Position numbers and translations under genes: made by a program
Shown: piece by piece, positions 55,132-63,398 of the stretch
How the letters are laid out: each line of letters opens with the position of its first letter
Position numbering within the stretch: position 1 is the stretch's first letter
Notes under the pieces: generated by a model
What the model was told of the DNA's origin: nothing
Databases searched by the model: none
What the model saw: only the letters and a program-made list of their open reading frames with translations
IMG/VR virus record: IMGVR_UViG_3300044716_000140
Span: 1,338 to 65,337 of that record
DNA length: 64,000 nucleotides
Reading direction: 5' to 3' (one strand)
From: a virus
Lineage: Duplodnaviria > Caudoviricetes

Positions 55132-55764
55132 ATGGAAAAGGTAGCGGGTGTATATGAAATTGAAATTGCTGGCTATAAATACTATGGCAGCAGCATCAAT
55201 ATCTACGCCCGTAAGCAAAACCATATAACAAAACTGCGATCTGGAATGCATCGCAATCTGCGACTTCAAAGATGTTTTAATAAATATGGAGAAGATGCAA
55301 TGGCATTCAAGATACTTGTTCTTTGTGATGAAGAATCTGTTCTTGATGAAGAACAAAAATATTTAGACGAAAATATCGGTAATGATAATTGTCTAAACTT
55401 TTGCAAAAGCGCATCTGCTCCAATGGCTGGAATTAAATTTTCAGACAACCATAAAAAGAAAATGTCAGAATCGCAGATCAGAAATAAATACATTTTTTAT
55501 TATGCGTGCGGCAAAATTGAATCATTTGATAGTTTAAAACTTGCTGGTAATAAATTCAGAGTCAGAAGTTCAATTGTTTCTCGATGGTTTAAAAGAAAAG
55601 ACCTTGGAAGAAATCACGGAATACTGCAATCCAACAATATTATAAAAGCTGAAAAAATTGGAGATGAATATATTGTTTTATTACCATATAAATACAAACA
55701 AGAACCTTGGAAAATAGCTGGAGCAACAAGCAAAACTCAATATTATAGAGAAAAAAAGAAATGA
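55132..55764 (+). CDS. free-standing GIY-YIG homing endonuclease
   Basis: GVYEI...YYGSS...R...H...LQRCFNKYG...EEQKYLD; NUMOD3-like GIKFSDNHKKKMSES. Confidence 0.88.
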   Translation: MEKVAGVYEIEIAGYKYYGSSINIYARKQNHITKLRSGMHRNLRLQRCFNKYGEDAMAFKILVLCDEESVLDEEQKYLDENIGNDNCLNFCKSASAPMAGIKFSDNHKKKMSESQIRNKYIFYYACGKIESFDSLKLAGNKFRVRSSIVSRWFKRKDLGRNHGILQSNNIIKAEKIGDEYIVLLPYKYKQEPWKIAGATSKTQYYREKKK

Positions 55765-56015
55765 AAACAAAACCCGCAACTGGCAAAGCATCAGTTAAAA
55801 TAGTAAAAAATTCAAACACTGGGAAAACTCGCAAAATTTCTTACGGACAAAAAGGAGCGAATGTTGATCCCGGAAGCAAGCGAGCAAATAGTTATTGCGC
55901 AAGAAGTTTAGGCATTAAAAAAGCACTTCCTAAAAGCAAACAAAACGATCCAAATACACCAAACAACCTTTCGAGGAAAAAATGGAAATGTGCGGGAGCT
56001 AAATCAATGAAATAA
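55761..56015 (+). CDS. small basic phage protein
   Basis: SYGQKGA...PGSKRANSYCARS...DPNTPNNLSRKKWKC. Confidence 0.75.
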   Translation: MKTKPATGKASVKIVKNSNTGKTRKISYGQKGANVDPGSKRANSYCARSLGIKKALPKSKQNDPNTPNNLSRKKWKCAGAKSMK

Positions 56016-56019
56016 ATTT

Positions 56020-57285
56020 ATGACAGATACCAACGAAAACACAGTAGAACCAGACGTAACAGGATTTGGAAACCCAAGTCTTGACTCAGACCCAATCGAC
56101 GAAACAACAAGCGCAACAATTGACAATTTGCTTGATGAAGCACTTGGAGAAACTACAGAAAACAATGAAACAAAAACTGAAGAAGTGGTTAGTGAACCAG
56201 AGGCAGTATTGGAAGAACCTGCTGCTCCTGTTGCTGAACCTGCAACTGAACCCGCAACCCAAGACGAGCAAGTTCAAGCCGAAGCAAAACTACAAGTCGA
56301 AATTGATCCAGAAATCGCAGCCATTGAGCAACCTCGCAATCTCAGCGAAAAAAACCAAAGCAACTGGCGCAAACTTCAAGAAACTGCAAGTCAATACAAG
56401 CAACAAGCCGCCGAAGCAGAAGTTCTGCGTCAGCGACTCTCCGAAGCAGAGCAGCGGAAAGAAATCCCGCAAGACTACGAAGAACTCAAAAAATTCCGCG
56501 CAATCTTCGACATCAAAAACGATCCAGAGTTTAAGTCGAAGTATGATCAACCAATCCAAAGTGCCAAAGAAAGTATATATGGAATTTTAAGGAAGCATGG
56601 TGCTGGAGATGATGTAATCAAGTCGATTGAAGACGCTGGAGGCCCGGATAAAGTTGCAGATAGTTTTTGGAAACAGTCTGCATTTCAGAAATTGCCATTG
56701 ACAGACTCTGAAAGGCTCAAGCGTGGTCTTGTTGATGTTTCCGAACTCAAGGAAAAGCAAGAAGCTGAAATTTCTCATGCCGCTGATCACGCTGAAGAAA
56801 TCCTAACTCAACGCGAAACGCAAAATAAAGAATGGTATGGCAAGGAAGTTGAGCAGATTGACAATTACATGGAGGAGATTACAAAAGACCTCCCGTGGGC
56901 AAGGTTTGTTGAACCTCTCCCAAACGCGACTCCAGAGCAACTGAAGCAGGTCGAGGAACACAATAAACGTGTTGGAGACTTGGCAACCAAGTTCAACTCT
57001 GCATTGTGGCCTACAACGGCACAGGAACGCGCCAATGTTGCTGCATCTGCCGTCTTCAGTCATGTGCTTACAGAGCAGCTACGCACCGAGCAGGCGCAAA
57101 AAAACGCGCTCATGGATCAAATCAAGCAACTCACTTCCGAAAACAACAAGCTCAAAGGAAGTTCCAAGTTGCCAAAGCAGACAGTTACAACGCAATCGTC
57201 AAATAAACCATCAAATCTGTCTGATCGGATTAAAATGAATGCTTCAGACGCAATTGACCTTGGTTTGGACGAGGCAGGATTGTAA
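56020..57285 (+). CDS. capsid scaffolding protein
   Basis: Acidic disordered N-terminus and coiled coils; position between portal and MCP. Confidence 0.7.
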   Translation: MTDTNENTVEPDVTGFGNPSLDSDPIDETTSATIDNLLDEALGETTENNETKTEEVVSEPEAVLEEPAAPVAEPATEPATQDEQVQAEAKLQVEIDPEIAAIEQPRNLSEKNQSNWRKLQETASQYKQQAAEAEVLRQRLSEAEQRKEIPQDYEELKKFRAIFDIKNDPEFKSKYDQPIQSAKESIYGILRKHGAGDDVIKSIEDAGGPDKVADSFWKQSAFQKLPLTDSERLKRGLVDVSELKEKQEAEISHAADHAEEILTQRETQNKEWYGKEVEQIDNYMEEITKDLPWARFVEPLPNATPEQLKQVEEHNKRVGDLATKFNSALWPTTAQERANVAASAVFSHVLTEQLRTEQAQKNALMDQIKQLTSENNKLKGSSKLPKQTVTTQSSNKPSNLSDRIKMNASDAIDLGLDEAGL

Positions 57286-57336
57286 AATATTATAAAGTTA
57301 GCATAAACTACGATAAACTTGTTATAAATTGACACT

Positions 57337-58290
57337 ATGGAAGTAAAAATATCACCAGATGAACGCATTACAATGAACGCATTGGACAATTTTGATCCAT
57401 TCGCTCGAAATGGAGTGCCAACACAACCTGTAAATCAACTGAAAGTTGCAAAAAAGCCCGGACGCAAGCCAAAAGAAGAGGTAAGTGAGCAAAATGAGGA
57501 TCGTAATGTTGATATTGGCACACAGAACGAGACAAAACCTCTGGAAACCATCGAAAATGCAGTTCCAGAACCGCAAATTGAGGATGAACTACACGAAACA
57601 TTGCCAATACAGCAAACAATTGTAGAGTCACGATCTTCTGAAGGGTTGCCGAGCTATCGAGCTGAGTTTGCTGGTCGAGATATCTTCGTTGGATTCTCTG
57701 CTGTAAAGCAAACAAACCCAATTACAGCATTTTCCATGATTAACATGGCACTTGACTTTGGACGAGACAAAATCCGTTTTGATTTTGCAACAACTGGTAA
57801 TTTTTATCATGGTAAAAACGAACTTGCTAAAAAGTTCCTTCAGACAGACGCAAAATACCTGCTTTTGATCGACAATGACATTGTTCCATCTATCGGAAGA
57901 CCAGCATGGGCAAAATCAACGATTGGAGCGGCACAGAACGTGCAAGATTCCGCATTGCAGCGTCATGTAATTCATCGTTTGATCGGAAGTGGAAAATCTA
58001 TTATTGGCGCAGCATACTTTGAAAACCAGCTTGCAGATTCAATCGTTTGCTCAAACAAAGAATTGGGATCAAAGGCCAAATCATATCCCGAAGAGATTGT
58101 GCCTGTAGACTGGATTGGTTCTGGATGTATGCTAATCCATCGTCGCGTATTTGCTGACATTGGCGAGCGTCAAGGAGGGTTCTTCTATCCAGACGACGCA
58201 TCGTTTTGTAAACGCGCAAAGGATGCAGGACATCAACCGCACATCGACCTTGGAATTCCAGTATTCCAAATCGGGTATAAATCGTATTAA
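57337..58290 (+). CDS. GT-A (GT2-like) glycosyltransferase with disordered N-terminal extension
   Basis: YLLLIDNDIV (DxD), VDWIGSGCMLIHRRVF, DDASFCKRA. Confidence 0.8.
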   Translation: MEVKISPDERITMNALDNFDPFARNGVPTQPVNQLKVAKKPGRKPKEEVSEQNEDRNVDIGTQNETKPLETIENAVPEPQIEDELHETLPIQQTIVESRSSEGLPSYRAEFAGRDIFVGFSAVKQTNPITAFSMINMALDFGRDKIRFDFATTGNFYHGKNELAKKFLQTDAKYLLLIDNDIVPSIGRPAWAKSTIGAAQNVQDSALQRHVIHRLIGSGKSIIGAAYFENQLADSIVCSNKELGSKAKSYPEEIVPVDWIGSGCMLIHRRVFADIGERQGGFFYPDDASFCKRAKDAGHQPHIDLGIPVFQIGYKSY

Positions 58291-58319
58291 TCACAACTAA
58301 AAATAACCATTTCGGGTAT

Positions 58320-58895
58320 ATGAAACCTAAAATTTATTCATATTACGAAAGTATCCAGACCTTGCCGCAGGCAGAGCAATTTGCTCGCGCAAACTACTGG
58401 AAGACATCGTGGGAAAAAAATGGTTGGGATTGCGTGATGCTTAACCGCTCACACGCGCAAGCCAGCAATGCATATCAAAAGTTCATGGCAAAAATAATGA
58501 AGATGTCATTTGACTTGCCAATGGACTACCAGCACGTCTTCCCGCAGATTATCGCTCGATATTCCCGCTGGTCTGCGCTTCATGCGGCGGGAGGTGGATG
58601 GATGAGCGATTACGATGTTGTCAATATCAATTTCACTCCACACGATGCGGTCAGATTTGAATCTACTCTCAACATCGTTTCTGGAGAACCATGCTACTTG
58701 TTTTTTGCAACACGCGAGCATTGCAATGCTGTAATGAGCAAATTTATTCAAGAAGATTTTTTTGTTGACAACAGACTTCGTTTTGAATCTGAAATTCTCG
58801 GAGTAGAAGGCAAATTGTCGGATATGCTAAACCAAGTTCGACACATTGAAAAAAGTGACAAGCCAAAGTCTGAAATCATGGCATCACTCATGTAA
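58320..58895 (+). CDS. DxD-motif glycosyltransferase (GT32/OCH1-like)
   Basis: WKTSWEKNGW...RWSALHAAGGGWMSDYDV. Confidence 0.7.
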   Translation: MKPKIYSYYESIQTLPQAEQFARANYWKTSWEKNGWDCVMLNRSHAQASNAYQKFMAKIMKMSFDLPMDYQHVFPQIIARYSRWSALHAAGGGWMSDYDVVNINFTPHDAVRFESTLNIVSGEPCYLFFATREHCNAVMSKFIQEDFFVDNRLRFESEILGVEGKLSDMLNQVRHIEKSDKPKSEIMASLM

Positions 58896-58899
58896 CCAT

Positions 58900-59410
58900 A
58901 CTCATTCTGGAAGGCTTGAGGTTGGCGGCAAGAGACACTTCGCCTGTTATGGTGATGAAGTGTCTTGAACAATACTCATTCCGTATAGGAATCGGCAGTA
59001 TGGCATTTCGACATTTACGCTGCTATCTTTATCGGGCCGCACCAACACTCAACAAACACCCATTAGCAACGCCTTCGCCTATCCCGTGCAAACATTGCAA
59101 TTTTAATCGCAATATTTACCGAACTCGGAATAGCGTGTTTACCCAAATAAAAATTTGAGCGGGAAAATTGGCATGGTTACAGCATATGTTTTTCCCTGTG
59201 CGTTTCCGACAAGTAAACCCAAGGGATTCGTTGTCGCTCTCTCGATCATATTTCGCTCATCGATATAGCACCTTTGCGAGCTACTTTGGGGAACTGCGTG
59301 AGCTTCATGCCAAGTAAAAACCCGCCTTGATGGAGCAGCACCAAGACGGGTTTATTTTTACCAGAAGGGAAAATGTTTTTCGTCTTGAACCCTGCTCGAT
59401 TCAAGTAAGA
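58900..59410 (-). ncRNA. putative large structured non-coding RNA (~500 nt)
   Basis: Has its own promoter; many nested stems whose G-U pairs work only on the - strand; no credible ORF. Confidence 0.6.
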
Positions 59411-59417
59411 TGAAAGC

Positions 59418-59446
59418 AACCTACGAGACGATTGATTCTATGTCAA
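59418..59446 (-). promoter_or_regulatory. sigma70-like leftward promoter
   Basis: On the - strand: A-rich UP element, then TTGACA-17 bp-TAGGTT. Confidence 0.65.
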
Positions 59447-59500
59447 ATATTTTTTGAAAATATTTTTTGAAAATATTGTTGACAACATTTGAAAAATATT
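59446..59500. repeat. tandem 13-bp AT-rich repeats between divergent transcripts
   Basis: AATATTTTTTGAA twice, then degenerate AATATTGTTGACA and CATTTGAAAAATATT. Confidence 0.6.
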
Positions 59501-59761
59501 GCAGTCCGTAAATATCTCGGCGAGCCATTCCGTATATGGTGACTCCGTGGAAGTCAAAGAATCCACACTACAGGCCGCACAACAAGCCCAGCGTGCCGGG
59601 GCGAACAAACAAGAAACCAAGCAAGATGATCAATTTCGTGACATCACGAAAATGATATTCCTGCAAACTTGAATGTCGTTCCCGAAGTTTTCTAAACAAC
59701 GGGTCGGTTCAAGCAGAACAAAACCCAAACACAAACAAAACTAAAATAGAAAACTAAAATT

Positions 59762-60955
59762 ATGCCTAACGATTGTATTCCATTGGCGACAGTTCAAAAC
59801 TTCGCATCTAAAGACGTAAACCGCATCATCGGACAAATTGCCCGTGTGCTTGCTCGCAAATCACCTTACATCAACTCCATTGATGGTGGCACTCTGCCTT
59901 CCGTTTCGGACGTTGTTCGTAGCGTTGTTGAGGAAATGGCAGTTCCTGCCGCTTCGCTCGCTTCTCCTACCTTCGTGAATGACCTTTCGCTTTGCGGCGT
60001 TGGTGCTACTCCCGATCAGGTTGGCTCGACTGAATATCAGTTCCAGCTTCAAACCCTTCGTGGTGCGGGCCCTCGCGTTTGCGTTAAGCAAGCTCGCACT
60101 GCCTTCAAAGGCTCGTATCTCCAAGCTCAAGTTTCGCTTGAGAAAACGATCCTTCAGATCATCAATGCCGACATCCGTTATCAGTATTTGATTCAATGTG
60201 GTATCAAGTATGTTGTGGATTCTACCGACACTTTCGCCAACAACCTTACTGGCGATATGCAGCAGATCAACACCTTGTTTGCTAACAAAGTGCCTGACGC
60301 GCCAATGAACTTCAAGACCCTCTATCGCATTGGAACTTTCCTCCGCGAAGAGATGCTTGCCGAACCTTTCGCAACGAAAGATGGCGAGTTCTTCCAAGTT
60401 CTTGCTTCCGCCGATCAAATCGAAAACTTCCGCAATGACGCTGATGTCAAGGAAGACCTTCTATATCTCTCCGCTGGTAGCTTCAAGCTCGGTGAAGAGT
60501 CCATCTCTGGTTATCAGTTCATGGGCTATCGTGGGTTTGCTTTTGGTATCGACCAACAGCCTCTCCGCGCTACTGCAAACGTTGATGGTGTCTTGACTCT
60601 GGTCAACCCAATCGTTTCGACTGCCGTTACGAATGGTTTCGCTCAACGCCGCAACCCAGCTTGGGTTTCTGCGCCATACGAAGTTATGTTTGTGATCGCT
60701 GGTGAAGCGTTCAAACGCCTTGTTCCTGAGAACTACGTTGGCGAAGGCACATTTAAGTTCGCTCCTCAACTCGCCATGGGCGAACTTGAGTGGACTTACT
60801 TCCGCGACAACGATTGTAACCTGTATGGTGATTTCGGTCAGCATATCTATCAAATCCAACGCGCTATTCAGCCACTTCGTCCACAGAACGTGTGCGCCAT
60901 TGTTTATCGTCGTTGCCCATTTGATGGCAATCCTACGCCTTGCGTAATTCCTTAA
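59762..60955 (+). CDS. major capsid protein
   Basis: 397 aa with strongly biased, C-ending codons; follows the scaffold; long A/C-rich leader; hairpin downstream. Confidence 0.8.
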   Translation: MPNDCIPLATVQNFASKDVNRIIGQIARVLARKSPYINSIDGGTLPSVSDVVRSVVEEMAVPAASLASPTFVNDLSLCGVGATPDQVGSTEYQFQLQTLRGAGPRVCVKQARTAFKGSYLQAQVSLEKTILQIINADIRYQYLIQCGIKYVVDSTDTFANNLTGDMQQINTLFANKVPDAPMNFKTLYRIGTFLREEMLAEPFATKDGEFFQVLASADQIENFRNDADVKEDLLYLSAGSFKLGEESISGYQFMGYRGFAFGIDQQPLRATANVDGVLTLVNPIVSTAVTNGFAQRRNPAWVSAPYEVMFVIAGEAFKRLVPENYVGEGTFKFAPQLAMGELEWTYFRDNDCNLYGDFGQHIYQIQRAIQPLRPQNVCAIVYRRCPFDGNPTPCVIP

Positions 60956-60972
60956 TCAAATAGGTTGGTATC

Positions 60973-61004
60973 GGTGGCAGTGTTATTAAGTTGACACTGC
61001 CACC
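60973..61004 (+). terminator. strong hairpin after the capsid gene (no U-tract)
   Basis: GGTGGCAGTGTTA-TTAAGT-TGACACTGCCACC. May be an mRNA-stabilising or partial termination element. Confidence 0.55.
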
Positions 61005-61026
61005 TCATCAGCTTACAAATTAAATT

Positions 61027-61296
61027 ATGGAAATTCCGTCGATTCTTGATACAGCAAAATATCGCCATCTTGTTTTAGATGGAGTCAATTCAATTGAAAC
61101 ATCACTTGCTGGTTTGCAGGGATTTCAGATTCCAGAGTATGACGAACTTGCGTTGACATATTACGGAACAACAAACAACATTGCTACTGTTGTATATAAA
61201 AAAGCATCTGCCGTTGTTGCTACTCTCACATTGACGTATGCCGTTCAGCCTCCAACTGCTAATGACGCTAATCTTGTTAATGTAACAATTTCTTAA
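61027..61296 (+). CDS. small virion protein
   Basis: IPEYDELALTY...NIATVVYK...VATLTLTY beta-sheet motif; directly after MCP. Confidence 0.7.
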   Translation: MEIPSILDTAKYRHLVLDGVNSIETSLAGLQGFQIPEYDELALTYYGTTNNIATVVYKKASAVVATLTLTYAVQPPTANDANLVNVTIS

Positions 61297-61297
61297 A

Positions 61298-63112
61298 ATG
61301 GCACTTAAATTTAATCCTTTTACTGGCAAACTTGATTTTGCAGGAACAACGGGAGGTGGAGGATCGCCTACTGGTTCTGCTGGTGGTGATTTGGCTGGAA
61401 CATATCCCAATCCTACTGTAGATGGATTGCAGGGAACTCCAGTTTCCAACGCAACGCCAATCAATGGACAAGTCTTGCAATACAATGGAACGAGTTGGGT
61501 TCCCGGCACTATTCCTTCTGGCGGTTCTGGTGGTGGTGGTGTAATTTATTATCTCAATTTCAACACAGCAGCAGACGCTCCTGTAACAAATATTCCGCAA
61601 ACACCAAACGCATCGAAAGAACTTGGAATTGTCGGAGAAACAACCGCAACAAGTTATCTTTCTCCAATTCTCTCTACTGCGAGCTACAACTTTCTCGCAT
61701 CGTTTGTTACTGATCTCAATGTTCCATCTGCCACAGCAATCCCTGCTGGCATTTGGGATTTCAATATCTTCGTAGAATCAACGACCACAAATTCTGCAAA
61801 TCAAGTTCGTTTCAAAGTGGAGATTCTTAAATATGATGGTGTAAATGCTCCAACGCTCCTTGCGACTTCTAACGATGTTTACATTTACGATCCTGCTGAA
61901 ATCAATCAGGAGGTTGCATCTGTGGTCATGCCACAAACTACGATTCTTGCAACTGATAGAATCCTTGTTTACTTGTATGGACGGGCGAATCAAAACAACA
62001 ATCGTCTTACATTCCATTTTGGCGGAAACTACCCATCGCATACTCACAGCACAATGCCATCTGTCACAGGAACTGGCGTTGCAAAAGTAGTCAATGGAGT
62101 ATTCCAATCTCCAGCATCCACGATTGTTAATGCTGACGTGTCTGCTACCGCAGCTATCGAAGTAAGCAAACTTTCTCAAGCAACCAATCGAATCCTTGGC
62201 AGAACAACTGCCGGAACTGGATCAGTAGAAGAGTTGAGTGTTGTAGGCAATCTTACGCTTGCATCTGGAACATTAACTTCTGCATCGACTGATATTCAAA
62301 TTTTCACAGCAAGCGCAACTTGGACAAAGCCAGCAAACGCTAAATCCGTAAACATCCAACTTTTGGGCGGTGGAGGTGGCGGTGGCAGCGGAAGACGTAA
62401 TACAACCTCAAGTGTTGTAAGAGCGGCTGGCGGTGGTGGTGGCGGTGGTTCCTGTGTTTCCATAAATATTCCAGCTTCTATTTTGTCGGCAACAGAGACT
62501 GTAACAATAGGTGCTGGTGGTGCAGGTGGTGCAGGCCAAACAATTGATGCAACAAATGGAAATCCGGGCACAGCGGGGGGAGATACTTCTTTTGGTAGCG
62601 TAATTGCGCCGGGAGGTTCTGGGGGAGACGGAGGAACTAATGTCGGGGCATCAGGTGGGCTTGGATCAATTGAAGGAAGCGCAGGAGGGCAAGCAGCAAA
62701 TAACGGAGGTGCTGGTTCTCCTGGTTTTCCTGTAACAACATATTCATCTACGGGATACGGTGGCGCAGGCGGCGGTGGAGGCGGCGGGGTTGCTGCAAAC
62801 AATGCTCAATTTAATGCTGGTGCTGGAGGTAGATCGCTTCCACTAAACTTTATTGGTGGGGCTGGCGGTAATGCTGGCGGTAATGCTGGAACAAATGGAA
62901 CTTCAAATTCTTCAGCAACACTTGGATTGTTTGCCGTTGGATCAGGCGGCGGCGGCGGAGGTGGTGGGGCTTCTGTTTCTGGCGGTAATGGTGGCAATGG
63001 AGGATTCCCTGCTGCTGGCGGTGGTGGCGGTGGGGCAACTTATTTGGGAGCATCATCAGGAGGAGGCGGAAATGGTGGCGCGGGAATGGCAATAATTACA
63101 ACCTATTTTTAA
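61298..63112 (+). CDS. fibre protein with glycine-rich C-terminal domain
   Basis: KFNPFTGKLD N-terminus, GGDLAGTYPNPTV, FTASATWTKP, then GGGGG repeats ending GAGMAIITTYF. Confidence 0.8.
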   Translation: MALKFNPFTGKLDFAGTTGGGGSPTGSAGGDLAGTYPNPTVDGLQGTPVSNATPINGQVLQYNGTSWVPGTIPSGGSGGGGVIYYLNFNTAADAPVTNIPQTPNASKELGIVGETTATSYLSPILSTASYNFLASFVTDLNVPSATAIPAGIWDFNIFVESTTTNSANQVRFKVEILKYDGVNAPTLLATSNDVYIYDPAEINQEVASVVMPQTTILATDRILVYLYGRANQNNNRLTFHFGGNYPSHTHSTMPSVTGTGVAKVVNGVFQSPASTIVNADVSATAAIEVSKLSQATNRILGRTTAGTGSVEELSVVGNLTLASGTLTSASTDIQIFTASATWTKPANAKSVNIQLLGGGGGGGSGRRNTTSSVVRAAGGGGGGGSCVSINIPASILSATETVTIGAGGAGGAGQTIDATNGNPGTAGGDTSFGSVIAPGGSGGDGGTNVGASGGLGSIEGSAGGQAANNGGAGSPGFPVTTYSSTGYGGAGGGGGGGVAANNAQFNAGAGGRSLPLNFIGGAGGNAGGNAGTNGTSNSSATLGLFAVGSGGGGGGGGASVSGGNGGNGGFPAAGGGGGGATYLGASSGGGGNGGAGMAIITTYF

Positions 63113-63113
63113 T

Positions 63114-63326
63114 ATGATCAAACGATACGTTATTCTAAACGCAGATGGAGGATGGTTGGAAAATACTATTCTTTGGGACGGCAATACAGAAACATGGCAA
63201 CCACCGCAAGGAACTATTGTAAAACTAGAAAACGAAGTTGATTTTTCAACGCTTCCCATACATCCAGATATTTTAAATGATCCAGTCGAAATTATCATTG
63301 ACATTGAGGAAGCTGGATCGTATTAA
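63114..63326 (+). CDS. small fibre-associated protein
   Basis: YVILNADG..ENTILWDG...WQPPQG, typically downstream of Gly-rich fibres. Confidence 0.65.
   Translation: MIKRYVILNADGGWLENTILWDGNTETWQPPQGTIVKLENEVDFSTLPIHPDILNDPVEIIIDIEEAGSY
63298..63326 (+). promoter_or_regulatory. candidate promoter
   Basis: TTGACA-17 bp-TATTAA before the A/C-rich leader of the last gene. Confidence 0.4.
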
Positions 63327-63398
63327 CACTTTCATTGTTGAAAAACTCAACAAGAAAAACAAAAACACAAAAACTAAACTAAACAACATAAACTAATT

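Noticed and set aside
58916-59158. 80-aa + strand ORF in the intergenic region
   Set aside because: TTG start, atypical composition, and it overlaps dense RNA stems that favour the opposite strand.
59186-59206. c-di-GMP-I riboswitch-like CGCACAGGGAAAA on the - strand
   Set aside because: The downstream GNRA/receptor and P3 elements are missing, and the segment pairs instead with TTTTCCC.
62360-63090. GGC/GGT-rich repeats
   Set aside because: They are explained by the glycine-rich fibre domain and are not a DNA-level repeat element.
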